The position numbers and the translations under genes were made by a program. The notes under the pieces were generated by a model. The model had not been told where the DNA came from and ran no database searches. It was given only the letters and a program-made list of their open reading frames with translations. Shown here one piece after another: positions 47,356 through 55,677 of a DNA stretch of 64,000 nt (position 1 is the stretch's first letter; every line of letters starts with the position of its first letter). The stretch comes from an uncultured Planctomycetales bacterium (GTDB taxonomy: Bacteria; Omnitrophota; Gorgyraeia; Gygaellales; Profunditerraquicolaceae), in contig CAYRUB010000002.1 in NCBI GenBank assembly GCA_964427405.1, positions 68,741 to 132,740 of the forward strand, in the 5' to 3' direction.

Positions 47356-47847
47356 ATGAAGAAAAAAATAATATTATTATTAAGTGCAGTTATTATGGGT
47401 TTAATCATAGGGTCTTTCTTGGTAAAAGGGAAGGCAAAGGGGGATGGACCGTTTAAGTCATATTACCCGGATGGACAGCTGCGGGAAGTAGGAGCGATTA
47501 AGAGTGGTAAGCTTAATGGGGCATTTAAGTCGTATTATCCAGGTGGCCATCTGAAATTGAAATGGACCTATAGGGATGGCAAGAAAGAGGGCATAGCTAA
47601 ATTTTATTTTGAGAGTGGTAAACTACAAGCGGTAGTAACTTATAAAGGTGATGTGTCAGAAGGAACATCCAAATTTTATTTTGAAAATGGAAAACTGCAG
47701 GCAGAAATGAATTACAAGGATGGTAAGTTGGATGGGGTATCTAAAACATATCGTTCCTCCGGGGAAATCATATATATTGATAATTATGAGAATGGTGAAA
47801 TGAAAATTCGCAAGCCCTTTAACGAGACAGGCAAGCTGGGTGGTTAA
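47356..47847 (+). CDS. MORN-variant repeat protein (YwqK-like)
   Basis: Signal/TM start, then about six tandem ~23-aa units of the form SYYPxGxLKxxxxYKDGKLxG. Confidence 0.65.
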   Translation: MKKKIILLLSAVIMGLIIGSFLVKGKAKGDGPFKSYYPDGQLREVGAIKSGKLNGAFKSYYPGGHLKLKWTYRDGKKEGIAKFYFESGKLQAVVTYKGDVSEGTSKFYFENGKLQAEMNYKDGKLDGVSKTYRSSGEIIYIDNYENGEMKIRKPFNETGKLGG

Positions 47848-47920
47848 GGAAAATTATTGCAGCATAAAGTCTTTCTATGGATAATCTCTTCATGACTCCA
47901 TTCTTTTGCGAACAATTTTC

Positions 47921-47949
47921 TTGATTTAATTTTTTGTCTAAGTTATACT
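47921..47949 (+). promoter_or_regulatory. Sigma70-type promoter for tRNA-Lys
   Basis: TTGATT (47921-26), 17-nt spacer, TATACT (47944-49), 25 nt before the tRNA 5' end. Confidence 0.45.
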
Positions 47950-47974
47950 CTTTACTACAATAACAAGCAATCAC

Positions 47975-48047
47975 GGGCCATTAGCTCAGCTGGTAGAGCA
48001 GGACACTCTTAATGTCAAGGTCGTAGGTTCGACTCCTACATGGCTCA
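47975..48047 (+). tRNA. tRNA-Lys (CTT)
   Basis: Hand fold: GGGCCAT/ATGGCTC acceptor, GCTCAGCTGGTAGAGC D-arm, anticodon stem GGACA/TGTCA with loop CTCTTAA, T-arm GTAGG-TTCGACT-CCTAC. No CCA. Confidence 0.85.
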
Positions 48048-48117
48048 ATTAAATTACAGGGGTATCCCGGATAAACCCTCCTTGTCTTACGCTTATTAAT
48101 TCCTCTGCCTGCATACA

Positions 48118-50079
48118 ATGAACAAAACAATGAAACTAAAACAATCTAAAAATATGGGATTTAAGGAATTGAAGGATAAGTACCAGTTACTCAGAGATCT
48201 GATGGATTTTATCCCGGATGTCATCTACTTTAAAGATAAGAAAGGCAGGTTTATTATGGTCAACCAGGCTCATGCTAGGGGCCTGGGGGTAAAACCTGAA
48301 GCGTTGGTAGGGAAAACAGATTTTGATCTTTTTTCAAAAAACCGGGCGAGGAAAATGGTCCAGGATGATGCACGCGTTATGGATACCTGCACACCAATCA
48401 TTGATAAGGTGGAAAGAGCGACTCGGCCGGACGGCGTAGATAACTATGTTTCTACAACTAAGATTCCGCGTTATGACGATAAAGGAAAGGTTATCGGTTT
48501 AATCGGCATTACCAGGGATATTACCCGGCGTATGCAGTTTGAGCGGCTGAGAAAGGATAAATTAAGTATTGAAAAGAAACTGGAGGCGTTGGAGGAGCTC
48601 AGTGTGATGAAGTCTGAGTTTATCTCTACTGTTTCTCATGAATTACGCACTCCTTTGGCAGTAATTAAGCAGTTGGTTACCGTAGTTTTTAATGAAGTTG
48701 TCGGTCAGATAAACCATAAGCAAAGGGAAGTACTTCAGAAAACACTGGATAACTCTGAACGCTTAAAGAAGATTATTGATGATTTACTGGATGTCTCGCG
48801 GATCGAAAGAAATACCCTCAAACTTCACTATTCCCTGGTAGATATAGTTGATCTCATGAAAGACTCGGAAGGCTTTTTCATGAAATTGGCCGAAGAAAAG
48901 AATATCTGCCTGAAATACGCTTATCCTAATGAACCGGTCAATGTCTTTATTGATGCTGACAGGATAAGGCAGGTTATTTCTAATCTTATCAGTAATGCTA
49001 TCAAATTTACCATGGATGGCGGTAAGATCAAGGTAGAGGTAAAAATTTTGGAAGCAAAAGTCAGGATAGGGGTTGTAGACACCGGTGTCGGTATTTCTAA
49101 AGCAGACCTGCCTTCAATATTTAACAAATTCACTCAAGTTTCTAAACTTCCGGGAGCAGAAACTAAAGGCGTAGGATTGGGGCTTTCTATATCTAAGAAG
49201 CTGGTTGAAAGGCACAAAGGGGAGATTTGGGCTGAATCTAAAGCTGGAGTGGGAAGCAGGTTTTATTTTACCTTACGCCGTTTTTATACTCTTGATATGC
49301 TGGGTAAGAGCGTAAGGAATAAAGTGGGCAGGCTAATGAAAAGCGGAGTATCCATGCACTTTGTTAGCTTGTTGATCTTAAATTGCAGCGAATTCAGAAA
49401 AAGGATGAAAATCGGTTCGCAATCATTATTTAAAGATTTACATACTATTCTTGATTTGGTGCTTAAGAACGCTAAATATGGAAATGCAGATAAACAAGTA
49501 ATGTCTGTAATAAACCCCAAGGCAGGCAAATTCAGCATAATTCTTCCCGGGGCCTCCAACAGGCAGGCAGCCAATATTTCCAGCTTGCTTAAATATAAGA
49601 TTAAGCAGTACTTTGCCAACAATAAAGTCGAAGATGTTTTTATAACTATAGGTTCGCTGTCTTATTCGCAGAAGGTTTTCTCGCAAAATGACGGGCTTTC
49701 TCCTTCGCGGTTTTCTATTAAAGAAATATATATAGGTTCAGAGATGCGGCGTTTTAAAAGGATGTCTTTTAAAACAAATATTAAGCTTTTCTTGCCCGCG
49801 GAAAAAATTGAGTTATCTGAATCCGTAGATGTATCTGAGGGGGGAATTTGCTTGGTAATTAAGCATCTGTTAAAGACAGATTCACAATTAAAGATAAGCT
49901 TTGCTTTCCCGGAAAACAAAGAATTCATTATTGTGGCAAAAGTGCGCCTGGCCTGGATAAGAAAGATTGAACTTCCCCTTGGAGAGATGTCCGATAAATA
50001 TAAAGTGGGGCTGGAGTTTGTAAATTTAGAGAAGAGGTACAAAAGAGTTATTTGCAGAAGATTGATGAATAAATCTTAA
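48118..50079 (+). CDS. PAS sensor histidine kinase with C-terminal degenerate GGDEF-like and PilZ domains
   Basis: PAS (DVIYFKDKKGRFIMVNQAHARGLG), HisKA H-box SHELRTPL, and HATPase N/G boxes (NLISNAIKFT, DTGVGI, GVGLGLS). An ~150-aa region follows with GGDEF-like spacing but AGKFS in place of GGDEF. The PilZ part has RRFKR and DVSEGG. Confidence 0.8.
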   Translation: MNKTMKLKQSKNMGFKELKDKYQLLRDLMDFIPDVIYFKDKKGRFIMVNQAHARGLGVKPEALVGKTDFDLFSKNRARKMVQDDARVMDTCTPIIDKVERATRPDGVDNYVSTTKIPRYDDKGKVIGLIGITRDITRRMQFERLRKDKLSIEKKLEALEELSVMKSEFISTVSHELRTPLAVIKQLVTVVFNEVVGQINHKQREVLQKTLDNSERLKKIIDDLLDVSRIERNTLKLHYSLVDIVDLMKDSEGFFMKLAEEKNICLKYAYPNEPVNVFIDADRIRQVISNLISNAIKFTMDGGKIKVEVKILEAKVRIGVVDTGVGISKADLPSIFNKFTQVSKLPGAETKGVGLGLSISKKLVERHKGEIWAESKAGVGSRFYFTLRRFYTLDMLGKSVRNKVGRLMKSGVSMHFVSLLILNCSEFRKRMKIGSQSLFKDLHTILDLVLKNAKYGNADKQVMSVINPKAGKFSIILPGASNRQAANISSLLKYKIKQYFANNKVEDVFITIGSLSYSQKVFSQNDGLSPSRFSIKEIYIGSEMRRFKRMSFKTNIKLFLPAEKIELSESVDVSEGGICLVIKHLLKTDSQLKISFAFPENKEFIIVAKVRLAWIRKIELPLGEMSDKYKVGLEFVNLEKRYKRVICRRLMNKS

Positions 50080-50092
50080 GGAGCTAAAAACT

Positions 50093-50464
50093 ATGCCAAA
50101 GAAACGAATATTACTTATAGAAGATGAAGTTGATATGGTGTATGCGCTGACTCTTCATCTGGAGGCAATGAATTGTGAAGTTTTAAGTGCTGGCGACGGG
50201 CAAACAGGCTTGGATATGGCGCGTAAAGAAAAGCCGGATTTGATTATACTGGATTTGATGCTTCCCAAAATGGACGGTTATAAGGTTTGCAGAATATTAA
50301 AATTTGATGAAAGATACAAGAAGATACCCATTATTATGTTTACTGCCCGCGCCCAGGATCAGGATAAAAAACTGGGCCAGGAGGTAGGTGCGGATGCTTA
50401 TATCACCAAACCTTTTGATTCCAGGGTGCTTTTGGATAAGATAAGCGCGTTGCTTAAGAAATAA
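50093..50464 (+). CDS. Single-domain response regulator (receiver only)
   Basis: 123 aa. ILLIEDE, DLIILDLMLP (phospho-Asp) and YITKPF motifs. Confidence 0.9.
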   Translation: MPKKRILLIEDEVDMVYALTLHLEAMNCEVLSAGDGQTGLDMARKEKPDLIILDLMLPKMDGYKVCRILKFDERYKKIPIIMFTARAQDQDKKLGQEVGADAYITKPFDSRVLLDKISALLKK

Positions 50465-50883
50465 TGAGTGTTTCTTTCCAGCTTATAGAACATACCGCTG
50501 ATATCGGCATCAGGGTCAAATCACTTTCCTTAGGCGGTTTATTCAAGAAAGCAGGCCTTGCTATAGCCGATCTTTCATTAGAGAGACAAAAAACCCGATA
50601 CCCTGAAAAACACAAGATTGCAATCAAGCAAAAAGCAACTAATCTGGAGGAGCTTTTTGTCAATTGGATAAATGAGCTATTGTCAGTATCCGCAGTAGAA
50701 TCCCTCGCTTTTGAAAATATTCAAATAAATCAGATCAATAAGAATTTTGTGGATGCAGTTGCCGTAGGAAGCGATATAAGAAATTATAAGATCAACACTG
50801 AAATCAAGGCCGCTACCTACCATCAGCTAAAGGTTAAAAAAACCGGGCTCATCTGGCAGGCAGAAGTAATTTTTGATGTGTGA
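50464..50883 (+). CDS. Archease (RtcB cofactor)
   Basis: 139 aa. FQLIEHTADIGIRV N-terminal signature and a KAATYH-type C-terminal motif. Confidence 0.85.
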   Translation: MSVSFQLIEHTADIGIRVKSLSLGGLFKKAGLAIADLSLERQKTRYPEKHKIAIKQKATNLEELFVNWINELLSVSAVESLAFENIQINQINKNFVDAVAVGSDIRNYKINTEIKAATYHQLKVKKTGLIWQAEVIFDV

Positions 50884-50886
50884 AAA

Positions 50887-52341
50887 ATGACCGGCAATAT
50901 CCCATTAGAGAAAATTGATGATTATCGCTGGCGCATCCCCCGAAGCTATAAGCCGGGAATGCGCGTGCCCGGTTTAATTTATGCTGATGAGAAGTTATTG
51001 AAAGACATCTATCAGGACAAGGCCCTGGAACAGGTGGCTAATGTGGCTTTTTTGCCGGGGATAGTAGATAATTCTCTAGCTATGCCTGATATCCATTGGG
51101 GCTATGGTTTTCCTATCGGAGGAGTGGCGGCTACAGATATTGAAGAAGGCGGGGTTATTTCACCCGGAGGAGTAGGGTTTGATATAAATTGCGGGGTAAG
51201 ATTATTAAAAACTAATTTAGAATATGATGATCTTAAGAATAAGATTAAGGATTTAATTTATCGTTTATTTTCTGATGTTCCTTCCGGAGTCGGCTCGCAA
51301 GGTGATATAAGAGTCAGCTCTAAAGAAGAAAGAGAAATCTTATTAAAAGGCGCACGTTGGGCAGTGGAAAAGGGATTTGGAACAGAGGATGATCTTGATT
51401 GCACTGAAGAAAATGGAGCTATGCAGGGAGCAGACCCTCAGACAGTATCGGAGCGGGCCCTGCAGCGGGGCAAAACACAGTCTGGCACATTGGGGTCCGG
51501 AAATCATTTCTTAGAAGTTCAGGTAATTGACCAGCTTTATGACCGGGAGGCCTGCGATACTATGGGGCTTAATTTGGGCCAGGTGATGGTTGCGATCCAC
51601 TCCGGCTCCAGGGGCTTAGGTTATCAGATTTGTGAAGATTATTCGCGCGGCATGGTCGCAAGCCTGGGAAAATATAATATAAATGTGCCTGACCGGCAAC
51701 TTGCTTGTGCTCCGGTTACTTCTAATGAAGGTAAGGCGTATCTATCTGCGATGAAATGCGCGGCAAATTATGCCTGGTGCAACCGGCAGTGTTTGATGCA
51801 TTTAACCCGTCAGGTATTTGAGAAGATTTTTGGTTCTTCTTGGCAGAAACTGGGAATGTTTTTAATTTATGATGTTGCTCACAACATTGCCAAAATTGAA
51901 AAACATAAGGTTGGCGGCAAGGAAAAGAATCTCTGTGTACATCGCAAAGGCGCAACCCGGGCCTTTGGCCCTAACCATCCGGTCCTGCCTGAGAAATACA
52001 AGAAAATCGGCCAGCCGGTAATTATTCCTGGGGATATGGGCAGGAATTCGTATCTTTTGGTCGGGACGGAAAAAGCAATGCAGGAGACCTTTGGCAGCGC
52101 CTGCCATGGCGCCGGCCGTCTGAAATCACGTACCGCCGCCTTAAGATCCATTAACCCAGATATATTATTGAAAGAATTAGAATCTAAAGGTATAATAGTA
52201 AAAGCCTCAGGACGTAATACGCTGGTAGAGGAGGCGCCTTCGGTTTATAAAGATGTAAATGACGTGGTGGATGTAGTACATAATGCGGGGATTTCCAAAC
52301 GCGTCTGCAGAATGCGCCCGCTAGGAGTAGTTAAAGGTTAA
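50887..52341 (+). CDS. rtcB: RNA 3'-phosphate ligase RtcB
   Basis: 484 aa. PDIHWGYGFPIGGV, GVGFDINCGVR, GSGNHFLE, HSGSRGLG and the GSACHGAGR motifs. Confidence 0.95.
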   Translation: MTGNIPLEKIDDYRWRIPRSYKPGMRVPGLIYADEKLLKDIYQDKALEQVANVAFLPGIVDNSLAMPDIHWGYGFPIGGVAATDIEEGGVISPGGVGFDINCGVRLLKTNLEYDDLKNKIKDLIYRLFSDVPSGVGSQGDIRVSSKEEREILLKGARWAVEKGFGTEDDLDCTEENGAMQGADPQTVSERALQRGKTQSGTLGSGNHFLEVQVIDQLYDREACDTMGLNLGQVMVAIHSGSRGLGYQICEDYSRGMVASLGKYNINVPDRQLACAPVTSNEGKAYLSAMKCAANYAWCNRQCLMHLTRQVFEKIFGSSWQKLGMFLIYDVAHNIAKIEKHKVGGKEKNLCVHRKGATRAFGPNHPVLPEKYKKIGQPVIIPGDMGRNSYLLVGTEKAMQETFGSACHGAGRLKSRTAALRSINPDILLKELESKGIIVKASGRNTLVEEAPSVYKDVNDVVDVVHNAGISKRVCRMRPLGVVKG

Positions 52342-52344
52342 AAA

Positions 52345-53616
52345 ATGCTAGATATAAAATTCATTCGGGAAAATCAAGATTTAGTAAAGCAGGCAATGAA
52401 AGACCGGGCTTTAACGGTAGATATTGATAGCCTTGTTAAGATTGACGATAATCGTCGTAAAGCTTTAAGCGAGTTTGAGGAATTAGCAGCTAAGCGCAAT
52501 AAAGCCAATGATGAAATCAGCGTGTTGTTAAAAGAAAAAAAAGACGCGAAGAGCAAAATATTCTCAATGAAGGATATCTCAAAGCGTATTGGAGAGCTTG
52601 AGCCGCAAATAAAAAAGCAGGAAGTAGAATTAAATAAGCTGCTTCTAAGCATTCCCAATGTTCCGCATGCCTCTTTGCCGGTAGGAGATGCTTCCTGTAA
52701 TAAGGTTGTGCGTAGCTGGGGGGAGCCGAGGAAGTTTGATTTTAAGCCGCTTAGCCATATTGAGCTTTGCCAGGACTTAGATATCGTAGACTTTAACCGG
52801 GCTACTAAAATTACCGGTTCGAATTTTATCCTTTTCAAGGGTTGGGGGGCAAAACTTGAGCGCGCTTTAATTAATTTTATGCTTGATTTGCATACCAGCA
52901 AACATGGTTATACTGAAATATTCCCGCCGTTTCTGGTTAATCGCGCCTCTATGCTTGGCACTGGCCAGCTTCCCAAGTTGGAAGAAGATATGTATAAGCT
53001 TAAAGATGATGATCTTTTTCTTATTCCTACCGCAGAAGTACCGGTTACCAATATTTTCCGTGATGAAATTATAGATGAAGATAAACTGCCTATTTATTAT
53101 ACTGCCTATACAGCTTGTTTTAGGAGAGAGGCAGGCTCGTATGGTAAAGATACCAAAGGTTTGATCCGCGTGCATGAATTTGATAAGGTAGAGATGGTTA
53201 AATTTGTTAAGCCTGAAGACTCTTATGATGAGCTGGAAAAACTGGTAGTTAATGCAGAAGAGGTGTTGCAGCTTTTAGAGCTGCCTTATCGGCTGCTATT
53301 GCTTTCTACGCAAGATATAAGTTTTTCTGCCAGCAAATGCTATGACCTTGAGGCTTATACTGCAGGTGTAGATAAATGGCTTGAAGTATCCAGCTGTAGC
53401 AACTTTGAAAGTTTCCAGGCCCGTCGGGCAAATATAAGGATGCGCCGCAAAGAAAGTAAAAAGATAGATTTTGTGCATACTTTGAACGGTTCAGGTATTG
53501 CTTTAGCGCGCACGGTGGTAGCGATTTTAGAGAATTACCAACAGGAGGACGGCTCGGTTTTAATCCCTAAAGCCCTGCAGCCGTATTTAAATGGCCAAGA
53601 AAGAATTACCCGATAA
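52345..53616 (+). CDS. serS: Seryl-tRNA synthetase
   Basis: [14 protein letters not shown], an N-terminal coiled-coil arm, and class II motifs ([42 protein letters not shown]). Confidence 0.95.
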   Translation: MLDIKFIRENQDLVKQAMKDRALTVDIDSLVKIDDNRRKALSEFEELAAKRNKANDEISVLLKEKKDAKSKIFSMKDISKRIGELEPQIKKQEVELNKLLLSIPNVPHASLPVGDASCNKVVRSWGEPRKFDFKPLSHIELCQDLDIVDFNRATKITGSNFILFKGWGAKLERALINFMLDLHTSKHGYTEIFPPFLVNRASMLGTGQLPKLEEDMYKLKDDDLFLIPTAEVPVTNIFRDEIIDEDKLPIYYTAYTACFRREAGSYGKDTKGLIRVHEFDKVEMVKFVKPEDSYDELEKLVVNAEEVLQLLELPYRLLLLSTQDISFSASKCYDLEAYTAGVDKWLEVSSCSNFESFQARRANIRMRRKESKKIDFVHTLNGSGIALARTVVAILENYQQEDGSVLIPKALQPYLNGQERITR

Positions 53617-54298
53617 GAAATTACTCAAAGATAGCCCTTTATCAAGGGAACCTGCCGGTATCTCCGGAGATTTCTCCAGCAAGATATCTGGTCTATCCAG
53701 CAAGGCCTTTGGAATAATCAAATTTATTTTAGGTTTAGTTCTTTTGCCGTTTGTTTTCTCGACTGCAGTATCTTTTTTAAATGAGTTTGGCCTGGTGAAC
53801 AGGAATTTACAGACAATATTCTGGAGCGGGGCAATTAGTTTTTTGGTGATCTATCTATTTATTTGGGAACCGGCGTTAATTTACAATAAAGGCCACAAGC
53901 TGCTGGAGATTATGTTTAGTTTCTTTAAGCCCATGGTTAATGTAGCGCCTTTTCTTCTGCCTATATACGTGATCTTAGCATTTATTATTTACGGGTTGTT
54001 GTCGCTGGCAATCAAATCCAGCTGGTTGATTGAATATACGCTTTTTTTGGTTGGTTTTGCCGCTGTTTTACACCTGGTGTTTTCAGCTAAAACCATCCGT
54101 ACTAAGAAGGGTGATTTTTTAAAGGGAAATTACATATTTGGATTTTCCTTTATTTTTATCCTGAACCTTGCTTTGCTTGCCATGGGCTTTAGCCTGATTT
54201 TTAAGGAGTTCTCATTTGTTAATTTCTGCAATATTTCTTTTGGTATAGCCAGTAAAATATTTTACGCTGTTTTTAAACAGCTTTTTATATTTGGTTGA
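53591..54298 (+). CDS. Polytopic membrane protein, unknown function
   Basis: 235 aa with about six TM helices. Overlaps the serS 3' end by 26 nt. Confidence 0.45.
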   Translation: MAKKELPDKKLLKDSPLSREPAGISGDFSSKISGLSSKAFGIIKFILGLVLLPFVFSTAVSFLNEFGLVNRNLQTIFWSGAISFLVIYLFIWEPALIYNKGHKLLEIMFSFFKPMVNVAPFLLPIYVILAFIIYGLLSLAIKSSWLIEYTLFLVGFAAVLHLVFSAKTIRTKKGDFLKGNYIFGFSFIFILNLALLAMGFSLIFKEFSFVNFCNISFGIASKIFYAVFKQLFIFG

Positions 54299-54322
54299 GA
54301 ATAGGCCATAATCAGGAGAGCT

Positions 54323-54411
54323 GGAGAGGTCGCATAGCTGGTTGATTGCACCGGTCTTGAAAACCGGAAGGGGACTTGTTCCCCTCGCGAGTTCGAATCT
54401 CGCCCTCTCCG
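54323..54411 (+). tRNA. tRNA-Ser (TGA)
   Basis: Hand fold: GGAGAGG/CCTCTCC acceptor, anticodon stem CCGGT/ACCGG with loop CTTGAAA, long variable arm GGGGACTTGTTCCCC, T-arm GCGAG-TTCGAAT-CTCGC. No CCA. Confidence 0.9.
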
Positions 54412-54424
54412 TTTATTTTTTAAT

Positions 54425-55471
54425 ATGATAGGTGCTATGGCAGAGCGGATTAGAAATAGAAGGGCAAAGTTTCCGGAAGGCAAACAAAGATTGTTTATCT
54501 CAAGCGTTAATAAAAAATTAGGCGTGAGCCGGGATAAGCTATCTGAAATTTTCAATATAAACAGGCGTACATTAAGCGATTGGTGCAGAGAGAAATCCTC
54601 TATGAATTATAAGGTTCTTTTAGATTTGCAAACAAATTATAATATATCAATTCCAAAAGAAATCAAGATTTTACCGCAATTTTGGTACGTTAATAGAGCG
54701 GCTAAACTTGGAGCATTGATGCGGAATAAGCTTTATGGAAACTTTGGTACCCCCGAAGGTAGGCGAAAGGGTGGGCTTACTACGATAAGAAAGTTTATGC
54801 ATAGGCCTAAGTTAGCTAAGAAATTGGGGCTAAGAGTTATTAAAGATATAAAACGTCCTAAAAGTGGCTTGCAATTGTCTGAATTTGTAGGTATAGTATT
54901 GGGCGATGGAGGCTTGACAGATTATCAGCTAAGAATTACTTTTAATAGAGACACAGACGCTGAGTATGCGGATTTTGTGAAAGAGTTGATAAAAAAACTT
55001 TTTAAACTAGCGCCAAGAATAATTCACAAAAAGTCGGATAAGGGAAGTGATATTGCGGTTTATAGTAAGAACTTAGTGGAGTTTTTAGAGAGTCGCGGCT
55101 TAAAAAGAGGGAATAAAGTTAGAAATAAAGTAGATATTCCCCGCTGGATAAAGAAAAACAAAAGATTCCAATTGTCTTGTTTGCGCGGCCTGATGGATAC
55201 TGATGGTTCTTGTTATGCCTATTCGCATAACGTCAATAAGAAGAGATATCGTAATGTTGCGCTTTGTTTTACCAATGCTTCGGAAGCTTTATTAAAAAGT
55301 GTTTACCATATCTTTGATAGTGGTGGATATTATCCTCGTATGACCGGCAGGCGGGTTTATGTATACGGAGAAAACGAGATTAATAAATATTTTCAAAAAG
55401 TAGGCTCGCATAATTATAAGTATTTGGAAAATTATAGAAGATTCAGATCTTTGAAAGGTAAAGAAACCTAA
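54425..55471 (+). CDS. Free-standing double-motif LAGLIDADG endonuclease-like protein with N-terminal HTH-like region
   Basis: Two LAGLIDADG-type motifs (LSEFVGIVLGDGGLT and LSCLRGLMDTDGSCY) ~100 aa apart. A basic N-terminal ~140 aa contains VSRDKLSEIFNINRRTLSDWCR. No clear SD, so the start is uncertain (54425 or 54437). Confidence 0.75.
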   Translation: MIGAMAERIRNRRAKFPEGKQRLFISSVNKKLGVSRDKLSEIFNINRRTLSDWCREKSSMNYKVLLDLQTNYNISIPKEIKILPQFWYVNRAAKLGALMRNKLYGNFGTPEGRRKGGLTTIRKFMHRPKLAKKLGLRVIKDIKRPKSGLQLSEFVGIVLGDGGLTDYQLRITFNRDTDAEYADFVKELIKKLFKLAPRIIHKKSDKGSDIAVYSKNLVEFLESRGLKRGNKVRNKVDIPRWIKKNKRFQLSCLRGLMDTDGSCYAYSHNVNKKRYRNVALCFTNASEALLKSVYHIFDSGGYYPRMTGRRVYVYGENEINKYFQKVGSHNYKYLENYRRFRSLKGKET

Positions 55472-55476
55472 TTTTT

Positions 55477-55567
55477 GGAGGCGTCGCATAGCTGGTTGAG
55501 TGCACCGGTTTCGAAAACCGGAATGGTCGTAAGGCCATCGGAGGTTCGAACCCTCCCGCCTCCGCCA
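55477..55567 (+). tRNA. tRNA-Ser (CGA), CCA encoded
   Basis: Hand fold: GGAGGCG/CGCCTCC acceptor, anticodon stem CCGGT/ACCGG with loop TTCGAAA, variable arm ATGGTCGTAAGGCCAT, T-arm GGAGG-TTCGAAC-CCTCC, then G-CCA. Confidence 0.9.
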
Positions 55568-55626
55568 TAAACATTTTGGTGTGGAACAAATCCTCCCGTT
55601 TCCGATGGAATCTTTTTATGGTGCTA

Positions 55627-55651
55627 CAGGAGGGGCTGTTCCTGATTTTTT
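55627..55651 (+). terminator. Weak rho-independent terminator after the tRNA-Ser pair
   Basis: CAGGA-ggggctgt-TCCTG followed by ATTTTTT. Confidence 0.35.
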
Positions 55652-55677
55652 GAATTATTTGAGGAAGTAGGTAATAT

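Noticed and set aside
47356-47847. Internal tandem repeats as a possible mobile or CRISPR-like repeat array; YwqK-like antitoxin implying a toxin-antitoxin pair
   Set aside because: The repeats are in-frame MORN-type protein repeats (~69 nt, degenerate). No adjacent toxin gene is present. No CRISPR-like direct-repeat/spacer array was seen anywhere in the window.
54262-54555. Minus-strand 97-aa ORF (…RGRDSNSRGEQVPFRF…) and the similar ORF at 55443-55793
   Set aside because: Both are antisense read-throughs of tRNA-Ser genes. The RDSNP/GFEPP-type peptides are the usual translation artefact of T-arm sequences. They have no SD and overlap better-supported features.
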